Shown: positions 19,057 to 28,838, counted from the stretch's first letter. The stretch: 64,000 nucleotides of DNA from an uncultured Chloroflexia bacterium (GCA_963746075.1 CAVUZY010000004.1:200213-264212); one strand, 5' to 3'. Made by a program: numbers and translations. Notes: generated by a model from the letters alone, not told the origin.

Positions 19057-20235
19057 ATGCAATCGGCCCCCATTCGCATCGCTCGGCGCGCCGGCAGGAC
19101 GGTCAAACGACGGGTCACCTCGATCGATCCGCTGGCCTGGCTGCCACCGCCAAGACGCGCTGCGGGGGCTCGGCCCGTCGTCGGGCTGGTCGGGTTCTAC
19201 GGCTACGGGAACTACGGCGACGAGCTCTTCCTCGAGGTCTTCCGCGAGCATCTCGGCGACGCGTTCGAGCTCCGCTCGATCCTCGATCCGGCGAGCAGCC
19301 GGAGCGTCGCGAACCGGCTTGGGGGCGGCGTCCGTGCCTCGGATGCGATCGTCATCGGTGGCGGCGACATCGTCATCCCGTGGGCCCGTGGATCGCGCTA
19401 CTTCGAGCGCTCCTACCTGCGCCGGCCGGTGTTCGTGGCCGGCGTCGGCGTCCCGACCTGGCGCGAGTCGATCCCGTACATCGTCCAGCGCCTGCGCGTG
19501 TTCTTCACCCATCCACATGTCCGGTTCATCGGCACGCGCGACCCGGAGAGCACCGCCTGGATGGAGGAGAACCTCCACCCGAGCGTGCCGGTCAACACGG
19601 CGCCCGACCTCGTCTGCGGCCTGACCCTGCCGCCCGTCGAGCGGCCGGCCGGGCCGCCGATCTTCGGCGTCGCCGTGCGGAGCCGGAGCCAGCCGGATGA
19701 CCTGACCCAGGTCCGACTGCTATGCGAGCGTGCGATCGAGCTCGGTTACCGAGTTCGCCGGATCGTCCTCGCGACGGGCAAGGTCCGCCAGCGCGACATC
19801 GAGGCGACCGAGCGGCTCGGCCTGCCCGACACCGAGCTGGTCTCGTCCGACGACCTCGACGTCATCAGTCGCGCGATCGGCGAGTGCACCGTGATCTCGA
19901 GCATGAAGTTCCACGGGGTCGTGGTCGCGACGATGTACGGCGTGCCGGCGATTGCCACGATGCCGACGACGAAGACCCGCAACTTCCTGCGCCGGATCGA
20001 CCGCCTCGACCTGCTCTCGGTGTACAGCAGCCCGGAGCTGCCGACGTTCCTGCACGCGAACATGGCACCGATCGCCGACGAGACCCGGGCGCGGCTCAAG
20101 GCGGATGTCGTTGCCCACCTCGCCGAGCTCCGCGCGGGCATCGAGTCGACGCTCGGGTCGGGGGCCGGGATCGGGACGGGAGCCGGGGCGGGCGCGGAGG
20201 CGGGGCGGGACACTGGCGCGAGCCCGCCCGGCTGA
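19057..20235 (+). CDS. Polysaccharide pyruvyl transferase family protein (second copy)
   Basis: VVGLVGFYGYGNYGDELFLEVF, IGGGDIV, ISSMKFHGVVVATMYGVPAIA. Gly/Ala-rich tail. The start is ATG 19057 or GTG 19036. Confidence 0.75.
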   Translation: MQSAPIRIARRAGRTVKRRVTSIDPLAWLPPPRRAAGARPVVGLVGFYGYGNYGDELFLEVFREHLGDAFELRSILDPASSRSVANRLGGGVRASDAIVIGGGDIVIPWARGSRYFERSYLRRPVFVAGVGVPTWRESIPYIVQRLRVFFTHPHVRFIGTRDPESTAWMEENLHPSVPVNTAPDLVCGLTLPPVERPAGPPIFGVAVRSRSQPDDLTQVRLLCERAIELGYRVRRIVLATGKVRQRDIEATERLGLPDTELVSSDDLDVISRAIGECTVISSMKFHGVVVATMYGVPAIATMPTTKTRNFLRRIDRLDLLSVYSSPELPTFLHANMAPIADETRARLKADVVAHLAELRAGIESTLGSGAGIGTGAGAGAEAGRDTGASPPG

Positions 20236-20346
20236 GCGTGCGCGGGTGAGCGCGCGAGGGGCGACGTGCGCCCGGTGCGCTACGATGTCCGCCCGTCCGG
20301 CGGCGACGCCGCCGTCCATCCTTCACGATCAGGACCGCATTCCCCC

Positions 20347-22068
20347 ATGACCATCCGAGTCAGGCCCGTCGATCGCGGCCGCTCATCCCGAGATCCCAAC
20401 CGCCGCACGTTCTACGTGAACCTCGCCTTCGCGATCACGGTGATCGTGGCGATCCTCATCCTCGTCGCCGTCGGCGTTACGACCTGGTACAGCTCCCACC
20501 TCGCCCCGGCGGCGACGGTCGGCGGCGTGACGATCACCAAGGACCAGTTCTTCGAGCGCGCCAGCGTCGAGGCGTTCCGCATCCAGCAGCTCGCGGCGCG
20601 GGTCAAGGCGGACATCGACGCCGGGCGCCTGACCGCCGCCCAGGGCGACTCCCGGATCCAGGCCCTGAACGAGGCCCTGGACGATTCGCAGCGCGCCTTC
20701 TCGACGACGATCGTCGAGAAGCTGATCGACACCGCGCTCCAGGCGACGTTCGCAACCGAGCTCGGGGTCACCATCACGCCGGAGCAGATCGACCAGCGGA
20801 TCGTCGAGGACAAGACCCGCAAGGAACAGCGCCATACGTTCCTCATCTCGGTCGCTCCCGAGGTCGCGACGGGGGCCACCGCGCCAACCGATGCCGCGAA
20901 GACGGCTGCCCGCAAGAAGATCGACGAGGCCGTGGCTGCGATCAAGGGTGGCAAGACGTTCGAAGAGGTGGCCAAGACGTTCTCCGGCGACGCGTCGAGC
21001 GCCAGCGGCGGCGATCTCGGTTGGATCGACACGACCGCGGCCGAGGACCCGGCTTGGGAGGACGCCGTCTTCAAGCTCGAGATCAATGCCATGACTGACG
21101 TCATCCTCGGCGCCGACGGCACCTTCCGGGTCGGCAAGATCACCGAGATCGTGCCGGCCCAGATCGACCAGACGTGGGACCAGAAGCTGGAGGACAACAA
21201 GATCAGCCAGGCGGCGTATCGCGCGGCGGTCGCCAGCGAGGTGATGCGGACCGTCCTCGGCGACAAGCTCGTCGCCGACGCGAGCGCGGCCACCGCCCAG
21301 CGCCAGGTCCAGGAGCTGCTCATCAAGGCACCCGACCAGGCGCCGGGCGAGGGCTCCATCAAGGTTCGCCACATCCTCTACTCGCCCAAGGGCGACCCGT
21401 CGGGCGCCGCCGACATCCCGGCGAGCGATCCGACCTGGACGGAGGCCGAGCTGAAGGCGCGCAAGGCCTACGACAAGGTCAAGGCCGATCCGAAGCAGTT
21501 CGACATCATCGCCCGGGCCGAGAGCGACGAGAGCCAGGATCGCGGCGACGACGGCACGGGCGGCAAGCTGCCCTACTTCGATCCCAACGCGAACATCGAC
21601 GAGGCCTTCGCCGCGGCGATCTTCAAGGAAGGCCTGAAGCCGGGCGACCTGCTCGAGCCGTTCAAGAGCTCGTTCGGCTGGCACGTCGTCCAGCTGATGT
21701 ACGCCCCGCCGGACCTCGACCAGATGACCAAGCTCAAGAACGAGGCCGCCGCCGGCGCCGACTTCGGCCAGCTCGTCCGCGACAACTCCGACGGGCCCAA
21801 GGCCGGCAAGGGCGGCGACATCGGCTGGGTCGGCCAGGGCCTGCTCGACGATCGCCTGACCAAGGTGATCCTGGCGACCCCGGTCGGGTCGTTCACCGAC
21901 ATCATCGATCTGCCCAACGACGGCCTGTATCTCTTCAAGGTCGTCGCCGAGAAGACCGCCGCGCCGGACGCGGAGCAGCTCGCCAAGATCAAGACCGATG
22001 CCTTCAGCAACTGGTACGTCGGGAAGAAGGCCGCGGTCACGATCACTCGCGATCTCCTCAGCAGCTAG
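20347..22068 (+). CDS. Membrane-anchored peptidyl-prolyl cis-trans isomerase (parvulin/SurA-PrsA-like, two rotamase regions)
   Basis: ATG 20347 (MTIRVRP). TM anchor LAFAITVIVAILILVAVGV. Parvulin-type blocks GGDLGWID, IKVRHILYSPKG...FGWHVVQLM and GGDIGWVGQG. Confidence 0.85.
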   Translation: MTIRVRPVDRGRSSRDPNRRTFYVNLAFAITVIVAILILVAVGVTTWYSSHLAPAATVGGVTITKDQFFERASVEAFRIQQLAARVKADIDAGRLTAAQGDSRIQALNEALDDSQRAFSTTIVEKLIDTALQATFATELGVTITPEQIDQRIVEDKTRKEQRHTFLISVAPEVATGATAPTDAAKTAARKKIDEAVAAIKGGKTFEEVAKTFSGDASSASGGDLGWIDTTAAEDPAWEDAVFKLEINAMTDVILGADGTFRVGKITEIVPAQIDQTWDQKLEDNKISQAAYRAAVASEVMRTVLGDKLVADASAATAQRQVQELLIKAPDQAPGEGSIKVRHILYSPKGDPSGAADIPASDPTWTEAELKARKAYDKVKADPKQFDIIARAESDESQDRGDDGTGGKLPYFDPNANIDEAFAAAIFKEGLKPGDLLEPFKSSFGWHVVQLMYAPPDLDQMTKLKNEAAAGADFGQLVRDNSDGPKAGKGGDIGWVGQGLLDDRLTKVILATPVGSFTDIIDLPNDGLYLFKVVAEKTAAPDAEQLAKIKTDAFSNWYVGKKAAVTITRDLLSS

Positions 22069-22080
22069 CGACGACCGGCG

Positions 22081-23322
22081 ATGCTCGACGCGCTGGTCGC
22101 CGAGGCACGGTTGCGCTGGGGGCTCGACCTCGGCGCCGGGCTCCAGGTGATTGCCGCCGAGCACCTCGTCGCGACGCCGATCGAACCGTCCCGGCCGGTC
22201 CTGATCGTGCCGGCCGCCGTCCTTCGGCACGACGCGGCCACTGGTGACGGCGCGGGCGGTTCCGGCGCAAGCGATCCGGCCGGCCTCGCCGCGGTGCTGC
22301 CCGGTCGCCACGGCCCGGCCGGCACGAATCCGCTGGCCGTTCTCGCGCGCCTGTATCCCTCGGACCACGCCGTGGGCCGATTCGGGACGGCGGACAGCGG
22401 CACGATCGCCGACCTGACGCTCGACCTCCTCCGCAGCCCGCTCTATCTCGGACCGGTGGCGCCGGACCGGGCGGTCGCGAGCCCGTGGGCGATGCCCTGG
22501 ATCTCGTATCGCCTGCGGTTGCCGGACGGCTGCCCATGGGACCGCGAGCAGACCCACGAATCGCTCCGGAACCATCTCCTCGAGGAGGCCTACGAGGTCT
22601 ACGACGCGCTCGGCGCCGGAGCGACGCCGGCCCTTGCCGAGGAGCTCGGCGACCTGCTCCTCCAGGTGATCCTCCATGCCCAGCTTGCCGCCGAGGCCGG
22701 GGTCTTCGACCTGACCGACGTCCATGCGGCGATCGCGTCCAAGATCGTCCGCCGCCATCCGCACGTGTTCGGTGAAGCCGAGGCCCGGACCGCGACCGAC
22801 GTCAACCGTCAGTGGGAGCGGATCAAGGCCGACGAACGGGCAGGCGAAGCGAGCGGCCCGGATCGAGCGGTTGGTACCGACGCCCCGCCGAAGCGGGCCA
22901 AGGGCGCCCTCGACGGGGTGAGCCGGATCCTGCCGGCCCTTGCGGCCAGCCAGGAGATGCAGGAGCGGGCAGCCAACATCGGCTACGAGTGGCCGACGAT
23001 CGAGGGCGTCCTCGACAAGGTCGTCGAGGAGCTCGCCGAGCTGCGCCAGGCCGCCAGCCCTGCCGACCAGGCCGAGGAGTACGGGGACCTGCTGTTCGTC
23101 CTCGTCAACGTCGCTCGTTGGCAGGGGATCGAAGCCGAGGCGGCGCTGCGCGCGGCGAACGACAAGTTCCGGCGGCGCTTCGCGAGCGTCGAGCGCCAGG
23201 CCGCCGAACGGGGCGTCGCCCTGCGCGACCTGGACTTCGCCGGGCTCGACGACCTCTGGAACACCGCCAAGACCGAAGAGCGAGCGGCGTCCGTCGCCGC
23301 GACGAAGGAGACCGCCCGATGA
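22081..23322 (+). CDS. mazG: MazG-family nucleoside triphosphate pyrophosphohydrolase with a degenerate N-terminal methylase-like domain (YabN-like)
   Basis: [27 protein letters not shown]...[14 protein letters not shown]. Second MazG repeat EELAELRQA...[16 protein letters not shown]. Confidence 0.9.
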   Translation: MLDALVAEARLRWGLDLGAGLQVIAAEHLVATPIEPSRPVLIVPAAVLRHDAATGDGAGGSGASDPAGLAAVLPGRHGPAGTNPLAVLARLYPSDHAVGRFGTADSGTIADLTLDLLRSPLYLGPVAPDRAVASPWAMPWISYRLRLPDGCPWDREQTHESLRNHLLEEAYEVYDALGAGATPALAEELGDLLLQVILHAQLAAEAGVFDLTDVHAAIASKIVRRHPHVFGEAEARTATDVNRQWERIKADERAGEASGPDRAVGTDAPPKRAKGALDGVSRILPALAASQEMQERAANIGYEWPTIEGVLDKVVEELAELRQAASPADQAEEYGDLLFVLVNVARWQGIEAEAALRAANDKFRRRFASVERQAAERGVALRDLDFAGLDDLWNTAKTEERAASVAATKETAR

Positions 23323-24050
23323 TCGGCAACAACCCCCAGGTCCGGGCCGACGGCCGGGTCCCGACCCAGCTCCGCCCGGTCCGGTTCGAGCTCGGCGTCC
23401 AGAAGTGGGCGGAGGGGTCGTGCATCGTCCACTTCGGCGACACCCGCGTTCTGTGCGCCGCGACGATCGCCGACCGCGTCCCGCCCCATCTCCGCGGCAA
23501 GGGCACCGGCTGGGTCACGGCCGAGTACTCGATGCTGCCGCGGGCCACCGCCGAGCGGACCGATCGCGAGTCGGTCAAGGGCAAGCTCGGCGGCCGGACC
23601 CACGAGATCCAGCGGCTCATCGGGCGCTCGCTCCGTGACGCGGTCGACCTGACCCGGATCGGCGAGCGGACGATCACCGTCGACTGCGACGTGCTCCAGG
23701 CCGACGGCGGCACCCGAACGGCCTCGATCACGGGCGGCTACGTCGCCCTCGCGGCGGCGATGACGACCTACGGCATGGATCGCCACCTCGTCGCCAAGGT
23801 CGCGGCGATCAGCGTCGGGCTGGTCGGCGGCGAGGCCCTGCTCGACCTCGACTACAGCGAGGATTCGCGGGCGGACGTCGACTTCAACGTCGTCGGCACC
23901 GATGCCGGCACGTTCGTCGAGGTCCAGGGCACGGCCGAGGGCAAGCCCTTCGACCGGGCGGCGATGGACGGGCTGATGGACCTTGCCACGTCCGGGCTCG
24001 AGCAGCTGTTCGCCGCCCAGACCGAGATCCTGGCCACCGTCCGGAAGTGA
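23319..24050 (+). CDS. rph: Ribonuclease PH
   Basis: ATG 23319 overlaps the mazG stop (ATGA). [13 protein letters not shown]...[16 protein letters not shown]...[14 protein letters not shown]...[18 protein letters not shown]. Confidence 0.95.
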   Translation: MIGNNPQVRADGRVPTQLRPVRFELGVQKWAEGSCIVHFGDTRVLCAATIADRVPPHLRGKGTGWVTAEYSMLPRATAERTDRESVKGKLGGRTHEIQRLIGRSLRDAVDLTRIGERTITVDCDVLQADGGTRTASITGGYVALAAAMTTYGMDRHLVAKVAAISVGLVGGEALLDLDYSEDSRADVDFNVVGTDAGTFVEVQGTAEGKPFDRAAMDGLMDLATSGLEQLFAAQTEILATVRK

Positions 24051-24685
24051 TCGACCGTCCGCGGCTGCTGATCGCCACCCATTCGGTCCACAAGCTGGCC
24101 GAGCTGCGCGAGCTCCTGAAGCTCGAGCGCGGCGAGCTCGTCAGCCTCGCCGACCTCGGGATCGCGGACGATCCAGCCGAGACCGGCGAGACCTTCGAGA
24201 CGAACGCCCGGATCAAGGCTCGGTTCGGGGCGCGCCGGACCGGGCTGCCGACCCTCGCCGACGACTCGGGGCTCGAGGTCGACGCGCTCGCCGGCGGCCC
24301 GGGCGTCCGGACGAAGCGCTACGCCGGCCCGTCGGCCACGGACGTCGACAACAATCGCAAGCTCCTCGCGGCCCTCGATGGCCTGCCGCCTGAGCAGCGT
24401 GGCGGGCGCTACGTCTGCGTGCTCGCCGTCGCCCTCCCTCGTCCGGGCGCCGCGCTCGCCGAGGCCGTGCCGATCCGCACGGTCCGCGCCACGACCCGCG
24501 GCCGGATCGCGACGGCGCCACGGGGCACCGGTGGATTCGGCTACGACCCGATCTTCGAGCCCGAGGGCGAGCCGCCGGGCGGCCGGACGTTCGGGCAGTG
24601 GTCGGCGGCCGCGAAGCACGCGGTGTCGCACCGCGGCCGGGCGGCCCGGCGGATGACGCCGATCCTCCGCGAGCTCGGGTTCTGA
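24047..24685 (+). CDS. rdgB: Non-canonical purine NTP pyrophosphatase (RdgB/HAM1 family)
   Basis: GTG 24047 overlaps the rph stop (GTGA). [14 protein letters not shown]...[14 protein letters not shown]...[11 protein letters not shown]...[11 protein letters not shown]. The rph-rdgB adjacency is classical. Confidence 0.9.
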   Translation: MIDRPRLLIATHSVHKLAELRELLKLERGELVSLADLGIADDPAETGETFETNARIKARFGARRTGLPTLADDSGLEVDALAGGPGVRTKRYAGPSATDVDNNRKLLAALDGLPPEQRGGRYVCVLAVALPRPGAALAEAVPIRTVRATTRGRIATAPRGTGGFGYDPIFEPEGEPPGGRTFGQWSAAAKHAVSHRGRAARRMTPILRELGF

Positions 24686-24708
24686 GCGGGCCCGGGAGCG
24701 CCGCGGCG

Positions 24709-25311
24709 ATGCCCGCGATCCGGTCGATCTGCCTGTTCTGCGGAGCGTCGAGCGGCCGCGATCCACGCTACGCGGCCGCCGCTGCCGACACCGGGCAGCG
24801 GCTCGCCCGGCGCGGGATCCGCGTCGTCTACGGCGGCGGCCGGCGCGGCCTGATGGGCGCGGTCGCCGATGCCGCGCTGGCGGCCGGCGGAGAGGTGGTC
24901 GGCGTGATCCCGCGCGGCCTCGTCGATCGCGAGCTCGCCCATGCCGGCCTGAGCCGGCTCGATGTCGTGGAGACGCTCCACGAACGCAAGGCGCGGATGG
25001 CCGCGCAGGCCGACGCGTTCATCGCCCTGCCCGGTGGCCTCGGCACGCTCGAGGAGCTCGCCGAGGTCCTGTCCTGGGCCCAGCTCGACCTCCATGCCAA
25101 GCCCATCGGGCTCCTCGACGTCGGCGGCTACTTCGGCGCCTTCGAGGCGTTCCTCGATCACGCGGTGGACGAGGGTTTCGTGGCCGAGCGCCACCGCCGG
25201 CTGCTGCTCCGCGACGACGACCTGGATGCGCTCCTCGCGCGCTTCGCTGCATGGGAGCCGCCGACCGGCCGGTTCGACCGGCCGCCTTCACCGGATCAAG
25301 CGCCGGGCTGA
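24709..25311 (+). CDS. LOG family (TIGR00730-type) nucleotide 5'-monophosphate nucleosidase
   Basis: ATG 24709 ([14 protein letters not shown]). [13 protein letters not shown] and the diagnostic [10 protein letters not shown] motif. Confidence 0.9.
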   Translation: MPAIRSICLFCGASSGRDPRYAAAAADTGQRLARRGIRVVYGGGRRGLMGAVADAALAAGGEVVGVIPRGLVDRELAHAGLSRLDVVETLHERKARMAAQADAFIALPGGLGTLEELAEVLSWAQLDLHAKPIGLLDVGGYFGAFEAFLDHAVDEGFVAERHRRLLLRDDDLDALLARFAAWEPPTGRFDRPPSPDQAPG

Positions 25312-25338
25312 GGGCTGACGGCTGACGGCTGATGGCTG
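25306..25338 (+). repeat. Tandem heptamer GGCTGAN x4.7 spanning the LOG stop codon
   Basis: ggctgaG ggctgaC ggctgaC ggctgaT ggctg. TGA at 25309, 25316, 25323 and 25330, so stops fall in all three forward frames. Confidence 0.9.
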
Positions 25339-25368
25339 CCGTGCGCCCGCGCGGCACGCCGCGGCGGG

Positions 25369-26910
25369 TCAGGGAGCGGCGGCTGGTGTGCTTGGTGATG
25401 CGGACGGCGAGGCCTTCGGCACGGGCCACGTCGGATCGCCGCCAGGTGGCCCGAACACGACCGCAGCCATCGCCCGGATCTTCGCCGGGACCGGCACGAA
25501 GATCGAGCCAAACTGGGTCGTTCCGCCCGACTTGATCAGCGGTGAGCCGAGGACGAGCTTGAACGTCGAGGATCCGCCGATCTGCTCGGCCAGCGCGGCC
25601 AGCTGCGGCAGCCGATCCTGGGGCAAATCGGTCCGGACCGTGGCGCCGACCGCGTCGAGCAGGGAGGGGAGGCTGAACAGGATCCCCGCTCCGACCGCCC
25701 GGTTGCGGAGCGCGACGAGGACCTCCTGCTGGCGAGCGGCCCGGGTCAGGTCGCTCTCGCCGGCAGACTTGCGGATCCGGGCGTAGGCGAGCGCGTCCGT
25801 ACCGTCGAAGTGATGGAGGCCGGGCTGGACCGACCAGCCGCGAGTTCCGTCGAGGCCCGGGTAGCGCGGATCGTCGAGCGCCTTCTTGACCGTGATGTCG
25901 ACGCCGCCGACGGCATCGACCATGGCCGCGAACCCGTTGAGATCGACCCGGGCGTAGTAGTGGATCGGAATGCCGAGAAGGGCTCCGATCGCCTCCTCGA
26001 GGGCCTTGATCCCACCGCCCGGGAAGTCCTTCGGGTGGCGATCGGCCCAGCTCACGAGCGAGTTGATCTTCGGCCCGAAGGTGTTGCCGTTGCCGAGCGG
26101 CACGTTCGCGAGATCGCGCGGGATCGAGACCATCGACACCGTCCGGCCGATCGGGTCGAGCGACACGACGATCATCGAGTCCGTCAGCGCCTCGGTCCGG
26201 CCCGGTGCGGCGTCGATCCCGAGCAACAGGACGTTGAGCCGTTCCCGCTCGGCCGGGGGCGGAAGGCTCGAAACCGAACGGGCGATCGAGCTCGCGAAGA
26301 TCTGACCGAACATCGCCTGGGCTGACGTGCCGTAGTTCCAGGCCAGGAGATGGGGGATGCCGGTGGCCACGAGGAGAGCGGCCAGGCCGACCGTCCCGAG
26401 CCGGCCCGGTCGCAACGGATAGCGCCGGTCCATGAACGCCTGGACGACGGCGATGGCGCGCCAGGCGAGGATGACGACGTTGAGGACCAGCAGGGCGCCG
26501 AGCACGGATGGGGCGATGGCGCGGGCGATCAGCATTGCCGGCCGGTCGCTCTGGACGATCAGCCAGGTGGCGCCGATCACGCCGAGCGTGGGGATTCCGA
26601 ACAGGAGGGTTGGTCGGAGCCGCCCGTTGAGGGCCTGCCCGAAGCCCGGCAGGAGCGACGAGGCGATCGCGGCCAGCAGCCGGCGGCGGTCGGACGGGAG
26701 GGTGTTGCCGCGGGCCGGGCGGGCGGGGCGGCCCGGTCGACCGACGGCCGCGGACCGGCGGTCAGGCATCGGATCGGGAGTAGCGGCCTCGATCTCGTCG
26801 AGGTCGATCGACCGGCGCCGCGACGGCAGCGGACGTGCCTGGTCGGTGGCGATGGGACGGCGGGCCCGGAGGGGCGGGGCGGATGGATCGCGGACGGAGG
26901 GCTCGGCCAT
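25369..26910 (-). CDS. LCP family (LytR-CpsA-Psr) glycopolymer-to-peptidoglycan ligase with N-terminal TM region
   Basis: ATG 26910 (MAEPSVRDP). LNVLLLGIDAAPGRTEALTDSMIVVSLDP...SMVSIPRDL...HYYARVDLNGFAAMVDAVGGVDI...ALAYARIRK. Confidence 0.9.
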   Translation of the reverse strand: MAEPSVRDPSAPPLRARRPIATDQARPLPSRRRSIDLDEIEAATPDPMPDRRSAAVGRPGRPARPARGNTLPSDRRRLLAAIASSLLPGFGQALNGRLRPTLLFGIPTLGVIGATWLIVQSDRPAMLIARAIAPSVLGALLVLNVVILAWRAIAVVQAFMDRRYPLRPGRLGTVGLAALLVATGIPHLLAWNYGTSAQAMFGQIFASSIARSVSSLPPPAERERLNVLLLGIDAAPGRTEALTDSMIVVSLDPIGRTVSMVSIPRDLANVPLGNGNTFGPKINSLVSWADRHPKDFPGGGIKALEEAIGALLGIPIHYYARVDLNGFAAMVDAVGGVDITVKKALDDPRYPGLDGTRGWSVQPGLHHFDGTDALAYARIRKSAGESDLTRAARQQEVLVALRNRAVGAGILFSLPSLLDAVGATVRTDLPQDRLPQLAALAEQIGGSSTFKLVLGSPLIKSGGTTQFGSIFVPVPAKIRAMAAVVFGPPGGDPTWPVPKASPSASPSTPAAAP

Positions 26911-27157
26911 CGCGGGGAGTGTAGCTGCAACACCTGGCGGTTGCCGGCCCCCTGACAGGAGGGCGGCGGGGCCGGATGACGAAGTCCGGCGAGGACGTGG
27001 TGACGCCGGGCGATCGATCAGCCTGCCAGTGATCGCCCGGCGTCGTGTGTGTGACGCACGAGCCGCCACGTCTGTTCCGCCGACCTTAAGACGACCTGAA
27101 CCGCGATCGGGACACTCGGGGCCTACCCGGGCGATCGGCCCACCTGACTGACACTTC

Positions 27158-27163
27158 AAGGAG
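27158..27163 (+). promoter_or_regulatory. Shine-Dalgarno-like AAGGAG, 7 nt upstream of ATG 27171
   Basis: acttcAAGGAGctccgccATG. Confidence 0.5.
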
Positions 27164-27170
27164 CTCCGCC

Positions 27171-28118
27171 ATGCGGAATCGACCCGATCGCGGCCGCGGC
27201 CGCCTGCAACTTGTCATCCTGTCCGGCCTGCTGGCCGCGGCACTCGCCGCCTGCGGCGGCAGCGCCGCGGCGACGAAGGCCCCGTCCGGCGCCGACCCGA
27301 CCGCGGCCCCGCTCGACACGGAGCAGCCGACCGCAACGGCGCCGTCGGCGCCCGAGGACGTGACCATCGACGTGGCCAAGGAGGCGTGGTTCGCCGGATT
27401 CCACGTCACCTTCGGCAGCGCCACGCTCGAGCACAAGAACGGCCGTGGCACCGTGCGGATCGAGGCGATGTTCGAGAACACCGGCGACGACAGCGCCCGC
27501 CTCGACGCGACGATCAGCCTCGAGTCGGCCGGCGAGACGGCCAACGAGGCGTTCGACATGGACATCCCGGGCGTCGCCGGGTTCGGCAAGAGCAAGGGCC
27601 TGTTCGCGTTCTCGGTCAAGGACACGTTCTCGTTCGATGACGCCGTTCTGACCCTGGGCCTGCCGACGAACCAGCAGGCGATCATCCCGCTCAAGGGCGG
27701 CGCCGACGCGGCGGTCAGCCTCGAGCCGAGCCAGCTCACCCTGAGTGGGTCGGCCACGGCGGGCGACCTGAAGCTCGACGTGACCTCGGGCGAGCTCCGT
27801 GCCGACTCCCCGTGGAAGCACGGCCAGCAGAAGAAGGGAACCCTGATCCTGACGATCGGCTACAACGCGACGTTCGACTCGGACTTCGCGGGCGGGTTCG
27901 CCTTCACCGGCGAGAACGTCCGGCTGAAGCTCCCGGACGGCTCACTCGCCGCCGCGATCGGCGACGGCCAGAGCCAGTCGATCGAGCTGATCTCCGCCCA
28001 CACCACGAAGAAGGACCTCCTGACCCGGTTCGAGATCGAGGATCCGGCCGAGGGGACCTACACCTTCGTCGTCGTCGACGGCGATGCCACCGGGGAGGCC
28101 AGCTTCACGATCGACTGA
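27171..28118 (+). CDS. Lipoprotein of unknown function (two beta-rich repeats)
   Basis: Signal peptide with lipobox LAAALAAC-GG. The Thr/Ser/Asp-rich mature part looks like a two-fold repeat. No recognisable catalytic motif. Confidence 0.6.
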   Translation: MRNRPDRGRGRLQLVILSGLLAAALAACGGSAAATKAPSGADPTAAPLDTEQPTATAPSAPEDVTIDVAKEAWFAGFHVTFGSATLEHKNGRGTVRIEAMFENTGDDSARLDATISLESAGETANEAFDMDIPGVAGFGKSKGLFAFSVKDTFSFDDAVLTLGLPTNQQAIIPLKGGADAAVSLEPSQLTLSGSATAGDLKLDVTSGELRADSPWKHGQQKKGTLILTIGYNATFDSDFAGGFAFTGENVRLKLPDGSLAAAIGDGQSQSIELISAHTTKKDLLTRFEIEDPAEGTYTFVVVDGDATGEASFTID

Positions 28119-28156
28119 CGTTCGATGGCGCTGGGGTGGCGCCGACGAACCCTCGC

Positions 28157-28179
28157 CGCCGCCGGCACAGCCGGCGGCG
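28157..28179 (+). terminator. GC-rich hairpin (10-bp stem, 3-nt loop) downstream of the lipoprotein gene, with no U-tract
   Basis: cgccgccggc aca gccggcggcg. Perfect complementarity, 39 nt after the stop at 28118. Confidence 0.3.
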
Positions 28180-28217
28180 TCGCCGTGCCCGCCGCTCGGC
28201 TACGCTGTCGGCGGCGC

Positions 28218-28293
28218 CGGGGTGTGGCGTAGTTGGCAACGCACGTGCTTTGGGAGCACGAGATCGTCGGTTCGAGTCCGACCACCCCGACCA
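28218..28293 (+). tRNA. tRNA-Pro (anticodon UGG), CCA encoded
   Basis: Hand-folded cloverleaf: acceptor CGGGGTG/CACCCCG, anticodon arm CGTGC-TTTGGGA-GCACG, T arm GTCGG-TTCGAGT-CCGAC, discriminator A, CCA. Confidence 0.95.
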
Positions 28294-28294
28294 A

Positions 28295-28783
28295 TCAGCC
28301 CCGGGCGTGCGTTCGGGTGAGCTCGGCGGCCCACTCGCGGAGGCGCGGCAAGTGCTCGGCGTGGTGCTCGGCGCCGGACTTGCGGACCCAGCGGTCGGCG
28401 GCATCCGAGCGCTCGGGCAGGCGGCCCCACACGGTCAGCATCTGGGCTCGCGCGGAGACGGCCTGGCCCCAGACGGTCGACCAGTCCTGGTCGTGCATCG
28501 CCAGGAGGAACTGGGCATTCAGGCCGTCGATGTCGACGGGCTCCTCGACGTACGAGCCGACCTCGATCCGGAGGAGCTGGATCTCGGCCTGGGCCATCCA
28601 TGTGCCGAGGTGGCCGAGCATGTCCTTGACCGACCAGTCCGGATCGCGGAAGTAGCCCGGGCGGAGGCGGTCGTCGGGCGACAGGGAGCGGCAGAGGGCG
28701 GCAATCTCGGTCCAGCGCTCCCGCTCGAGGTCGAGCTCGGCGTGATACGGATGGTCGATGGCGAGCGTGGAGTGGTCCTGCAT
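28295..28783 (-). CDS. DinB-family (mycothiol-dependent isomerase N-terminal-like) metal-binding protein
   Basis: MLGHLGTWMAQAEIQLL and SGAEHHAEHLPRLREW carry the His residues typical of the DinB four-helix bundle. The start is ATG 28783, with ATG 28819 as an alternative. Confidence 0.7.
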   Translation of the reverse strand: MQDHSTLAIDHPYHAELDLERERWTEIAALCRSLSPDDRLRPGYFRDPDWSVKDMLGHLGTWMAQAEIQLLRIEVGSYVEEPVDIDGLNAQFLLAMHDQDWSTVWGQAVSARAQMLTVWGRLPERSDAADRWVRKSGAEHHAEHLPRLREWAAELTRTHARG

Positions 28784-28838
28784 CCGGTCATGATCCACCC
28801 GTTGTCGGGCGGCCGTCATCGGGAACCGCACGTCCGCC

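Noticed and set aside
20150-20225. A G/A/C-rich repetitive stretch (gggtcgggggccgggatcgggacgggagccggggcgggcgcggaggcggggcggg), inspected as a possible repeat array or CRISPR-like element.
   Set aside because: It is in frame within the pyruvyl transferase ORF and encodes a Gly/Ala-rich tail (GSGAGIGTGAGAGAEAG). It has no spacer-repeat periodicity. I found no CRISPR-like arrays anywhere in the window.
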